NCBI GenBank assembly: GCA_963666735.1
Contig: OY762926.1
Location: 2,816,001 to 2,880,000, forward strand
Origin: Gemmatimonadota bacterium
GTDB lineage: Bacteria > Gemmatimonadota > Gemmatimonadetes > Palauibacterales > Palauibacteraceae
Reading direction: 5' to 3'
Length of the DNA: 64,000 nt
This document shows positions 9,737 to 19,205 of the stretch, in pieces; position 1 is the first letter of the stretch; each line of letters opens with the position of its first letter. A program made the position numbers and the translations under genes. The notes below the pieces were generated by a model. That model was given only the letters and a program-made list of their open reading frames with translations, had not been told where the DNA came from and did not search any database.

Positions 9737-11137
9737 ATGGAACTCATCACGGGTAAGCACATGTCCCGCCGCACGGCCTTGAAGGGCTTGGGTGCGACGG
9801 TGGCGCTGCCGTTCCTGGATGCGATGCTGCCGGCCGGCCGGCTGTGGGCCTCCACGAAGTCGCTCACGGACGTGAAGCGGTTCGTGGGCATCGAGATGGT
9901 GCACGGCGCCGCCGGCTGCAACGAATGGGGCGCGTCGCAGTTCATGTGGTCGCCCGATAAGGTGGGGCGCGACTTCGACCTCTCGCCGAGCAGCCTGAGC
10001 CCGCTCGAGCCGTGGCGCGACTACCTGACGATCATCTCGAACACGGACGTCGAGAACGCGGAGGCGAAGACGCCGAAGGAGATCGGCGGCGACCACTTCC
10101 GCTCCAGCGCCACCTTCCTCACGCAGGCGCACGCGAAACAGACCGAGGGCTCGGACGTGTTGGTCGGCACCTCGATGGACCAGTACTACGCGCAGCGCTT
10201 CGGGCAGGACACGCCGATCCCCTCCATGCAGCTCTGCATCGAGAACGTGGACCAGGCGGGCGGGTGCGCATACGGCTACGCCTGCGTGTACACGGACACG
10301 ATCAGCTGGGCGTCGCCGACGGAGCCGCTGCCCATGATCCGTGACCCGCGGGCCGCGTTCGACCAGTTGTTCGGGGCCGGCGGTACGTCGGAGGACCGGG
10401 CCGCGCGCCGGCGCACGGATCGGAGCATTCTCGACTGGATCATGGGCGAGGTGAGCGGCCTCAAGCGCGCTCTGGGCCCCACGGACCAGAGGCGGCTGGA
10501 CCAGTATCTCGACAATATCCGCGAGATCGAACGCCGCATCGAGCGCATCGAGGCGTATAACAGCAGCGGTGAGACGCGCGAGATCCCCGAGGCCCCGCCG
10601 GGCGTTCCGGATGACTTCGCCGAGCACGTCCATCTCATGTTCGACCTGCAGGCCCTGGCCTTCCAGTCGGACCTCACGCGGGTGTTCTCGTTCAAGCTGG
10701 GCCGCGACGGGTCGGGCCGCGTGTATCCGGGCAGCGGTGTGGACGCCGGCTTCCACCCGGCCTCGCACCACGGCGGCCGCGAAGAGCGCGTGCGGGAGTA
10801 CGAGAAGATTAACCGCTACCACGTGAGCATGATGCCGTACCTGCTCGAGAAGCTGGCCAGCATCGAGGAGCCGGACGGAAACCTGCTCGACAAGACCATG
10901 ATCCTGTACGGCTCGCCGATGGGCGATTCGAACCTGCACAACCACAAGCGTTGCCCACTGTTCGTGGTCGGGAAGGCCGGCGGCGAACTCGAGGGCAACA
11001 TGCACATCAAGGCGCCCGACGGGACGCCGATGGCGAACGTGATGCTGAGCCTGATGCACAAGCTCGGTCTGGAGGACATGGAGAGCTTCGGCGACAGCAC
11101 CGGAGACTTCTCGTTCTCGGCGGTCGCGCAGGACTGA
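9737..11137 (+). CDS. DUF1552-family Tat-exported protein, copy 1
   Basis: SRRTALKG twin-arginine signal, LPFLDAM, GCAYGYACVY, HPASHH; AGGAGG RBS. Confidence 0.9.
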   Translation: MELITGKHMSRRTALKGLGATVALPFLDAMLPAGRLWASTKSLTDVKRFVGIEMVHGAAGCNEWGASQFMWSPDKVGRDFDLSPSSLSPLEPWRDYLTIISNTDVENAEAKTPKEIGGDHFRSSATFLTQAHAKQTEGSDVLVGTSMDQYYAQRFGQDTPIPSMQLCIENVDQAGGCAYGYACVYTDTISWASPTEPLPMIRDPRAAFDQLFGAGGTSEDRAARRRTDRSILDWIMGEVSGLKRALGPTDQRRLDQYLDNIREIERRIERIEAYNSSGETREIPEAPPGVPDDFAEHVHLMFDLQALAFQSDLTRVFSFKLGRDGSGRVYPGSGVDAGFHPASHHGGREERVREYEKINRYHVSMMPYLLEKLASIEEPDGNLLDKTMILYGSPMGDSNLHNHKRCPLFVVGKAGGELEGNMHIKAPDGTPMANVMLSLMHKLGLEDMESFGDSTGDFSFSAVAQD

Positions 11138-11173
11138 GCCGCGAGACCGGGCGGAGGGTCGGAGGCAAGATCG

Positions 11174-13261
11174 ATGTTGAAGAGAATCGGCAAGGCCGGT
11201 CTTCGGGCGGCGGTCCTCGTCGCCCTCTGTGCGACCACGCTGTGGGCGGCCGCGGCAATGGACGCACCGGTCGCGGAAGCGGCGGCACGCGGAGACCTGG
11301 ATTCTGTGCGGACGCTCCTCCGCGATGGGGCGGACGTGAACGCGGCCCAGGGCGACGGCATGACCGCGCTCCACTGGGCGGCGCTTCGGGGCGACGCCGA
11401 GATGGTGTCCGTGCTCGTCTACGCCGGGGCCAACGTCGCCTCGACGACACGCCTGGGCGCCTACACCCCGCTTCACCTCGCGAGCCGGGACGGCCGGGCC
11501 GAGGCGGTCACCCTCCTCATCGAGGCCGGCAGCGACCCTGACGCGGCGACGACGACCGGCGTTACGCCCCTGCACTTCGCTGCGGCGGGGGGGGACGTGC
11601 CGACCCTCACGAGCGTGCTCGAGGCAGGGGTCGAGGTCGACGCGCGAGAGAACTCCAACGGGCAGACGCCGCTCATCTTCGCAGCTGCCGCCGGACGTCT
11701 CGACGCGGTGCAAGCATTGATCGCGCACGGCGCGGACGTGTCGATCGCCTCGCGCGTGCTGGATTTCGTCGAGAAGGCACGCACGGACAGCGAGGCCCGG
11801 GGCCGGCGGCGGGAAGTGCTCACGGCGATTCGGAAGGCCGAAGCCGAGGCTCGCGGCGAAACCGCCGAGGTCGGGATCACGCGCACAGACACGCCGTCCG
11901 GTCAGGAACCGACCCGGCGCGAAGCCGCCGACCGGGCGGCTCGGGACCAGACGGGCACGGCTCCCGCGACGCAGGGCGCCGGCGCGACCCCCGGCCAGGA
12001 GCCCGCGGCCGCCGCGCCCGAGGAGACGCCGGCCGAGGAGCCCGAGAACGCCCGGGGCGAAGATCCCCCGGAGGGCGAGGATCCTCCCGAGGTTGAAGAA
12101 GAGGCCGAAGAGAGCGAAGAAGCGGAGGAGCCCGCCGAAGCCGCCGCGGAAGAAGAAGCCGCTGAGCAGGACGAGGCCGTCGAGGACGAGGCAGCCACCG
12201 AAGAAGTGGAAGCTGCCGAAGAGCCGGCGGAAGAAGAGACGAAGCCTGCGCCGCAGCCGCTGAGCTACTCGGATATCGTCGGCAAGCAGGGCGGCATGAC
12301 CGCGCTCCATTTCGCGGTTCGCGAAGGCCATTTCGAGACCGTCAAGGCCCTCCACGCGGCGGGCGCGGACATCGATGGGAGGACGGGGGGGGACGAGAGC
12401 ACGCCGCTCGTCGTCGCCACCGTGAACGGACACTACGACCTCGCGGCGTGGCTGCTCGAGCAGGGAGCGGACCCGAACCTCGCCAGCGAGGACGGCGTGG
12501 CGCCCCTCTACGCGACGGTCGCCAACCGTTGGGCTCCGAAGGCGCTCTATCCGCAGCCCACCGCGTTCCGCCAGCAGGAACTCGACTACATGGAGCTGAT
12601 GGAGATGCTCCTCGCCGCCGGGGCGGATCCCAACGCGCGCGTGAACACGCACATCTGGTATTCCGCCTACAACTTCGACCTGCTGGGCGTGAACTTCAGC
12701 GGTGCGACGCCCTTCTGGCGAGCCGCGAAGGCGCTCGACATCCCCGCCATGGAGATGCTCGTGGCCGCCGGGGCCGACCCGCACATGCCGACCCGGAAGC
12801 CGCCCGAGCGCCGCCGTCGCCGGCCCGCCGACGACGATGAGGAAGGGGAGGAGGATCCCAGCGGACTGCCGCCCGTCGAGGTCGGGGGTCCGGGCATCCC
12901 GCCGCTCGTGGCTGCCGCCGGTTACGGCTACGGACGCTCACGCACGGGCAACCAGCACCGGCATCGACCCGATGAATGGATGACCACGGCCAGATACCTC
13001 GTCGAGGAGCTGGGCGCTGACGTCAACGGCCGCGACTCGGACGGGTTCGGCGCGCTCCATTACGCCGCGGCGCGCGGCGACAACGAGCTCATCGAATACC
13101 TCGTCGGCAAGGGCGCCGATCCGCTGATCGTGGCCCGCAGCGGCCAGACGACGGTCGACATGGCGAACGGCCCGATCCAGCGCGTGCAGCCGTTCTTCGA
13201 GACGATCGCCCTCCTCGAAGGCATGGGCGCGAAGAACAACCACAACTGCCTCAGCTGCTGA
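11174..13261 (+). CDS. Secreted ankyrin-repeat protein with acidic insertion and C-terminal CxxC, copy 1
   Basis: Signal peptide; multiple GxTxLHxAA repeats; Glu/Ala/Pro-rich tract; ends HNCLSC. Confidence 0.9.
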   Translation: MLKRIGKAGLRAAVLVALCATTLWAAAAMDAPVAEAAARGDLDSVRTLLRDGADVNAAQGDGMTALHWAALRGDAEMVSVLVYAGANVASTTRLGAYTPLHLASRDGRAEAVTLLIEAGSDPDAATTTGVTPLHFAAAGGDVPTLTSVLEAGVEVDARENSNGQTPLIFAAAAGRLDAVQALIAHGADVSIASRVLDFVEKARTDSEARGRRREVLTAIRKAEAEARGETAEVGITRTDTPSGQEPTRREAADRAARDQTGTAPATQGAGATPGQEPAAAAPEETPAEEPENARGEDPPEGEDPPEVEEEAEESEEAEEPAEAAAEEEAAEQDEAVEDEAATEEVEAAEEPAEEETKPAPQPLSYSDIVGKQGGMTALHFAVREGHFETVKALHAAGADIDGRTGGDESTPLVVATVNGHYDLAAWLLEQGADPNLASEDGVAPLYATVANRWAPKALYPQPTAFRQQELDYMELMEMLLAAGADPNARVNTHIWYSAYNFDLLGVNFSGATPFWRAAKALDIPAMEMLVAAGADPHMPTRKPPERRRRRPADDDEEGEEDPSGLPPVEVGGPGIPPLVAAAGYGYGRSRTGNQHRHRPDEWMTTARYLVEELGADVNGRDSDGFGALHYAAARGDNELIEYLVGKGADPLIVARSGQTTVDMANGPIQRVQPFFETIALLEGMGAKNNHNCLSC

Positions 13262-13349
13262 GTCCGAACAGCTCCGTCAGTCGTCGTTGGTCCGATACGG
13301 AGCGTTCGTCCGTTCGAGCACGGCGTCGACGATCCAGGAGTTGATGCTC

Positions 13350-13712
13350 ATTCCACCAGGCGCCGGTCGATCTCCCGCGCCAGCGAAAGCTTCGCCACCA
13401 GGCGCCGCACGGCGCCGATGCCCCCGAAGCTCATCGCGCTCGTCCGCGCCCCGATCTCGTAGTGGACCGCGCCCGCCGAGAACACGGGCTTCGCCCGCGC
13501 CCGCCGGCGTCCCGCCCTGCAGTGCCGCGCCCGAACCTGCCGCTTCCGCCGGGCACTGTTCCTCCTGCTCTTGCGATGCGATATTTTCTTCACCGAAAGG
13601 CCTCCTGGTTGGGACCGGGCGTCCACCGTCCGAATCCTCTATCGACAATCAGGATAGGCCTTTCCGGTATTTTTTAACAGGGGTCCGCGCTTGGATCGCG
13701 CTTGTCTTAGGG
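13350..13712 (-). mobile_element. IS1380-family 5' remnant
   Basis: SFGGIGAVRRLVAKLSLAREIDRRL resembles an IS1380 transposase N-terminus; truncated. Confidence 0.55.
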
Positions 13713-14625
13713 CTAGTGTAGCGTCGCTAAAGTGGCGTTGGCACGACTCACCTTCGCCAGGATGTCCTCGACGGCGGCCGTCCACTTGTACGGCGCCGGA
13801 TCGCGGTTCCGGTCGTCGACCACCTTCCCGTGCTTGTGCGTCGAGTGGTTGTCGAGGATGACGTGAAGATCGAGCGCCGGATCGACCCGCTTCTCCACCT
13901 CGGCCATGAAGCGGAGAAACTCCCGGTGCCGGTGGCGGGGCACGCACTTGTGGATCACCTCTCCGGTGGCCACGTGCAACGCCGCGAACAGGGTCGTCGT
14001 CCCGTGGCGCTTGTAGTCGTGCGTCATCGTGCCGCAGCGGCCCTTCTTCCACGGAAGCCCCGGCTGCGTGCGGTCGAGCGCCTGGATCCGGCTCTTCTCG
14101 TCGAAGGCGAACACGACCGCCCGCTCCGGCGGGTCCACGTACAGCCCCACCACGTCCCGGAGCTTCTCCACGAACTTCGGGTCGGCCGAGAGCTTGAAGG
14201 TCCGCGTGAGGTGCGGCTTCAGCCCGTGCGCCCGCCAGATCCGCGCCACCTGGCTGTGGTGGAGCCCCGCCGCCTCCGCCATGAGCCGCGTGCTCCAGTG
14301 CGTCCCTCTCCGAGGCTTCTCCTCGAGCGTCAGGCGCACCACCTCCGCCTCCGCCCCGGGCGTGACGCTCGTTCTCGGACGGCCGGAGCGGGGCCGGTCC
14401 TCGAGCCCCGCGAGGCCCTCGGCCTCATACCGGTCCAGCCAGCGCTTGACATAAACGTGGAGGGCGTGCCATCTCCCACTCGTGTCTGAGATACGAATCC
14501 GGTTGCGGCCCGGGGATCGCGAGGAGCTCGAACGGTGGGTTCGGGCCCGGAAGACCCTGCGGCGGCGCGTCGAGCGCGCCAGGATCGTCCTCGGCTCGGT
14601 CGATGGTCTCTCGGCCCGGGCGTTG
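13713..14625. mobile_element. IS630-family transposase pseudogene, internally deleted and split by an inversion
   Basis: Minus strand 14453->13713 reads YVKRWLDRY..RSGRP..DEKS..YKRHGT..DNHSTH..TLH-stop (ACACTAG end). The N-terminal LERWVRARK..RARIVL part lies on the plus strand at about 14455-14625. Confidence 0.85.
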
Positions 14626-14646
14626 CGCCTCCGGGTGCCACCTGCG

Positions 14647-15810
14647 GTGACGCTCCCCGTGAGAGGACTTCTATCGCCCTTGCTAGTCGGGCTCGTTTTT
14701 GCCGGCTTCGGGAGTGGAGCGTCTGCGGCACAACGGTCCGAAGATGTTGTGATCCCGGACGATCCGTCGCCGCCCTACATCATTGACATGCAACCGGGTC
14801 CGATACTCGAGGGCGGCACTTTGGACGAAGACGACTGGGTGTCGAGTTTCGGTGGTATGGAGGTTCTGGCCGATGGCCGGTTCCTCCTCTGGGAGCTGAT
14901 CGCCGACCGTTTCCTCGTCGCGTCCCCGGATCTCCCGGATCGCCGCTGGATCGGACGGGAGGGAGAGGGGCCGGGCGAGTACAGGGGGGTTCGATGGGTT
15001 CGCTCACACGGCAATCGACTTCACGTTTTTGACGTTCACAACCTGCGTCGTACCGTGCTAGACGCGGAGAGCTTCGAAACACTCCACACCAACTCTCTCG
15101 GACTGTACGGAAACTACTGTTGTGACGCGGCCGTGCTTGACGACTCATCGTACGTGATCAGTGCGATGAGCTACTTGCCGGAGCGCGTCGGGTACGCCCT
15201 CCACCGTTTCGACGGGGACGGCACCGTGGGGGTCTCCTTCGATGAGGTGTCGGTCGGAACGGTACCGGCGGACCAAAGCTATCGGTGGTTGGATCCGGCG
15301 TCGCGCAGTGGGCACGTTTGGTCCGCCTCATTCTACGAGTACAGAATCGACCTCTGGGATGCGGTCGAGGGGAAGCGGAGCCGCTCGGTGACTAGAGAGG
15401 CGGAATGGGTGCTCCCCCGGCACGTTCGGGAGACGTGGGAAGCGGGCAAGCCCGGATTGCTGATGGTCACGGGTGTGGCGGAAGATCCGCAGGGCCGGCT
15501 GTGGGTGATCCTCCGGGTGCCGACGCAGTCGCCCCCACCGGCCGCTTGCTTCGAGCTCGTGTCCAACCAGGCACGCGAGGGTCCCACGTACACGACTCGC
15601 GAAGCCTGCAAACCGCTGTATTACACGAGGGTCGAGGTGCTCGACCCCTGGGCCGGTCGCGTCCTCGCCGCCTGGAACGCCCCTGCAGAACTCTCCCGGG
15701 ATTTGGTGCCCTCGGGAGTCATGGATGATGGCACCCTATACTCACTGGGACGGACTACCCTCGGGTTCCCAACTGTCAGACTGTGGAACTCAACCCTCAA
15801 GCCGAGGTAA
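14647..15810 (+). CDS. Secreted 6-bladed beta-propeller-like protein
   Basis: Signal peptide; IGREGEGPGEY motif; DPQGRLWV blade; in frame with the upstream IS630 fragment (ORF from 14482). Confidence 0.7.
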   Translation: MTLPVRGLLSPLLVGLVFAGFGSGASAAQRSEDVVIPDDPSPPYIIDMQPGPILEGGTLDEDDWVSSFGGMEVLADGRFLLWELIADRFLVASPDLPDRRWIGREGEGPGEYRGVRWVRSHGNRLHVFDVHNLRRTVLDAESFETLHTNSLGLYGNYCCDAAVLDDSSYVISAMSYLPERVGYALHRFDGDGTVGVSFDEVSVGTVPADQSYRWLDPASRSGHVWSASFYEYRIDLWDAVEGKRSRSVTREAEWVLPRHVRETWEAGKPGLLMVTGVAEDPQGRLWVILRVPTQSPPPAACFELVSNQAREGPTYTTREACKPLYYTRVEVLDPWAGRVLAAWNAPAELSRDLVPSGVMDDGTLYSLGRTTLGFPTVRLWNSTLKPR

Positions 15811-15829
15811 ACACCTCACGGAGGTCAGA

Positions 15830-16387
15830 ATGCGACACGTTAGACGGCTTGGTGCCGTGTTGTTGCTGGTCCTTTGCGCCACCGAGACGCTGGTTGCGCA
15901 ACAAGACGACAATTGTGTGGACTGTACAAACTACTGGGTTGAAGAGTGGAAAGATGAGGATCAAGCGGGCTGGGGACATACGGCAGCTGACGCACGTCAT
16001 GACTACGCAGGCTATTCCCGCGGAGGCGGAACCCACCCCACCGTGGTCTATCCCTTCACGTGCTCGGCGAACCACGCGCCCCCATGCCGCGAGGGCGGTG
16101 CGGATCCTGGTCCGTTATACGATGACGATTTCGACTACCTCCTGGATAGTACACTCGCGAGTATCAAAGGGAAACTCCGTGATGGTGACGCGATTGCAGC
16201 GCTTCGCATAGTTCTCGACCAACCCGCCGGTTCGCCGATCCGTGTCGCGCCCGAGAGAGCTGCCATCCAGGTGCGGGCGTGCGACGAACGATACATTGCT
16301 GTACATATCCCAATAGAGCATCTAGCGACACCGGAGGACCTCGCGGCTGTCGCAGCGGTGTTGGAGGGATCGCGCGCGGGACCGTGA
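15830..16387 (+). CDS. Small secreted Cys-containing hypothetical protein
   Basis: GGAGG RBS; signal MRHVRRLGAVLLLVLCATETLVAQ; CVDC and CSANHAPPC; lower GC than flanks. Confidence 0.65.
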   Translation: MRHVRRLGAVLLLVLCATETLVAQQDDNCVDCTNYWVEEWKDEDQAGWGHTAADARHDYAGYSRGGGTHPTVVYPFTCSANHAPPCREGGADPGPLYDDDFDYLLDSTLASIKGKLRDGDAIAALRIVLDQPAGSPIRVAPERAAIQVRACDERYIAVHIPIEHLATPEDLAAVAAVLEGSRAGP

Positions 16388-17906
16388 CAACAGGCTGCCT
16401 GAGAGCCTTCTTGTGGACGCAACGGGCGCGGCTTGACCCCGGATCCTGCATTTGTGGATAGTCGGACGACCGGGGCCGGGATTATGGTCGGCGGGCATGG
16501 GAGGTGATCCTGGCCGGGGCGCGCAGCAGGCGCAGCCGGATGCCGCGCGGCTGTACGACCCGCCACCGACGGCCGAGGCAGTTCGCACGCAGGATGTGGA
16601 GGAGCTGGTAGGCGAGCGCGGCGAGGCTCGACGGGAGGGCGTTGCCGCCGAGATCGTCCACTGCGGTGCGCCCGGCCGAGAGCTGGCCCAGCTCCTCGAT
16701 CCGCTGTTCGACCACCGCACCGCGCCCGCGTTGTAGGCGCGCCACGCCTCGACGGGCCCGATGTCCTCGATGTTGGTCAGAACGTCGGCGCTCGTCGTGG
16801 TCTCCCACGCCGCGAGACCGAGTTCCCCCTCGTCCGGCCCGATCCGTCTCCGCCGCTCGACCGAGAGGAGCCGCCTCCCCCACAGCTCGCCGGAGGTGGT
16901 CCTCAACTCCCGGTCCCCGGCCCCGTCGGCGGCGGCCGTCTCCCAAGCGCCCCGGTAGCCGCCGAGCCAGCCGTACCGCGGCACGTTGAGCAGATAGGAG
17001 ACGCCGAGCGACTCCAGGCACCGCGCGGTGGACTTCGAGAAGAACCCCTTGTCCAGCCGCACGGTGATGTCCCGCACCCCCGCCTCCCTCAGGCGGGCCA
17101 CCAACTTGGTCAGCCACGCCTCCGCCCCCCGGGCCGTGTGCGCGCTGCCCGCCCGCGGTGCGTATTCCGACGATGCCGACCACCGATTCCGACAAGCCGA
17201 TCGGTGATTCCGGCGCATGCCGATCACCTTGGAGGAGCGGCGGTCCATAGCGGGGCCGGGGTGTCGGGGTCGAGGGTTGGAGTCTACCGGCTTGTACCGG
17301 TCTTCGTCGAGTCGTAGAGCCTCCTCGTGGAAGCGCCCTTGAGGGTGATCTTGTGGGCGTTGTTGAGGAGGCGGTCGAGGATGGCGTCGCCGAAGGTGGG
17401 ATCGCCGACGACATCGTGCCAGTGTTCGACCGGCACCTGGCTGGCGAGGAGCGTGCCGCGCCGTGCGTAGCGGTCGCAGAAGCGGCTGTACCCGTAGCCG
17501 TCCGGGTGCACCGTCCGGTACTCCAGCCACAACAGCCTCAGCGTGACGCCCTTGTGGCGCTGAAGCTCCCGGTGCGCCCGGTCCCAGTCCGGTTCGGGAC
17601 GGGGACCCCGCGAGGGTGGAAGCGGTGGAAACAGCGCCGCCTCCAAGGCGTCGTCGTCCAGCCCCTCGGGCAGCGGCCACGAGAGCCCGGCCGCCCTCGC
17701 CCGGCCCGCGTAATCGCTCACCGTGCTGTTGGCGACGCCGAGTGAGGCGGCGGTCTCGCGGTGGCTGCGCCCGAGTTCGTACTTCAGGCGCATCAGTTCT
17801 CTGATCTTGCGCATGGACAACCTCTTCTGCGACACCTCTCCCTCCTCGTCTCGGGGACCTCGTCGAGAAGGGAAGAGGGGGGCGCTACAGCAGGTTCTCC
17901 AGCACC

Positions 17907-18594
17907 GATGGAGTGGACGCCCCCTCCCGGCGGTATCGCAGTGTGCCACGATGGTTCCGAGCAGTTCCGAACCATCCGAGGGAGGAGGCATCCAATGGAA
18001 GAGGTTGGCGTGATCGGAATCGATCTGGCAAAGCGCAGCTTTCAGGTACATGGCGCGCGGGAGGACGAGGAGGCGGCTCGGCTGATGACGATCCCGGGGA
18101 TCGGACCGATCACCGCGCTGGCGATCCAGGCCTTCGCGCCACCGATGGAGAGCTTCCGGCGGGGGCGCGACTTCTCCGCGTGGCTTGGCCTGGTGCCGCG
18201 GCAACACACGACCGGGGGCAAGCCGAGGCTTGGCCGGATATCGAAGATGGGCCAGCGCGATCTCAGGCGGCTGTTGATCACCGGCGACGCACGAGGAGAG
18301 TTATCGCCCTTCGTTGACCTGACGGCCACCGGGCCGAAGGGCGGGCAGCAGTCGGGGATGTGAGCGGGACGTAGGAACGGGTAGGGGCAGACGGTCGATG
18401 AGACGGGATCGGGAAAACCAGTTGGTACCCGAAAGCTCGCAAGCTTGTCCGAGCGATATGGACCTGATCCGCGTACCTCCCATAGGGGCCGGCGGCGGCA
18501 GGCCGCATGAACAGGCCGGATAGACGACAGCACCCGACCACCCTGCACCCGAGCCGGTCTACAGACGGCTTGCATCAACGGGGGCGTCCATAGA
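17907..18594 (+). mobile_element. IS110/IS1111-family mini element with deleted transposase
   Basis: Sub-terminal IRs TGGACGCCCCC (17914-17924) / GGGGGCGTCCA (18580-18590); tnp fragment from 17995 with GIDLAK fused to TIPGIGPITA..WLGLVP..ISKMG. Confidence 0.85.
18300..18579 (+). ncRNA. Putative bridge RNA / seekRNA-encoding right-end non-coding region of the IS1111-like element
   Basis: Long non-coding segment between the tnp remnant and the right IR, where IS1111 elements encode their guide RNA; boundaries approximate. Confidence 0.5.
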
Positions 18595-18875
18595 CGCTAC
18601 TCGCTCACTCCGGGGTGATCGGCATGCGTCGGAATCCGCAGCCGGCGCACGCCGAGGCAGTCGCCCGTATCCAAGACGTAGGCCAGCAGGGGGGGTGGTG
18701 CGAGGGACGGCCCGGCTTCTTCGGGTTGTAGCCCTTCTCCGCCCCGGCCTGTTTCAGCCCGTAGCGCACCACCACGGTCGAGTCCATGACGACCGTCGCC
18801 GACCGGGGCGCCCCGCCGGCCATCTCCCAGCGCCGCCGCACCATCCGCCACAGCAACTCGTCGAGCAGGGGGGAC

Positions 18876-19145
18876 AGCACCGGCCACGTCTTCCTCCGCA
18901 TGCTCGCCTACCACGTCGAGTGGCACATGAGACGCGCCCTCGCCCCCATCCTCTTTGACGACGACGACCCCGGCGCCGCCGAGACCCTGCACGCCTCGCC
19001 CGCCCCACTCCTCTCCAGGCCGAAGCCTTCCGGCTCCTCGGCGTCAAACCGTGAACCGTACCCAGTAGCGTACACCCCCGAAACCGAGTCATGTCACCAC
19101 ACCGCAACGACTTGTCGCGTTCCGGGCTGCGGAAGTTCGCTTTAG
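18876..19145 (+). mobile_element. IS1634-like transposase 3' remnant
   Basis: HVFLRMLAYHVEWHMRRALAPILFDDDD resembles an IS1634 C-terminus. Confidence 0.65.
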
Positions 19146-19205
19146 GTGCTGCGGTCCAGGTACAGCCACGTTCGCAAGCCGCCCCGATGAACCCCACCTC
19201 TTAGG

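Larger units (their letters stand above)
17159..18640 (-). mobile_element. IS21-family deletion derivative (istA' fused to 'istB)
   Basis: Terminal IRs TGCGTATTCCGACG / TGCGGATTCCGACG (TG..CA); istA N-terminus from 17835 joined in frame to the istB C-terminus (DAILDRLL). Confidence 0.9.
16437..18875 (-). mobile_element. IS1380-family element interrupted by an IS21 derivative
   Basis: DSTVVVRYG..GYNPKKPGRPSHHP..GDCLGVR (18641-18875) continues as RAGSAHT..VRLDKGFF..EQRIEEL (16480-17158); frameshifted. Confidence 0.85.

Noticed and set aside
3982..12784. Very long alternative-frame ORFs (e.g. 3982-7026, 7134-9095, 9563-12784; also 29903-32446, 55369-57711)
   Set aside because: Arg/Gly/Pro-rich shadow frames of well-supported genes, expected in high-GC DNA; no recognisable motifs
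13277..13350. MSINSWIVDAV, resembling a HicB/RHH C-terminus
   Set aside because: Too short to support a call
17159..17230. Short repeated ATTCCG..GCCGA units that look like a CRISPR array
   Set aside because: They are the multiple terminal repeats typical of IS21 ends; there are no unique spacers and no cas genes
18290..18590. Structured non-coding stretch considered as a group II intron or riboswitch
   Set aside because: No domain V or known aptamer recognised; it is bounded by IS1111-type IRs
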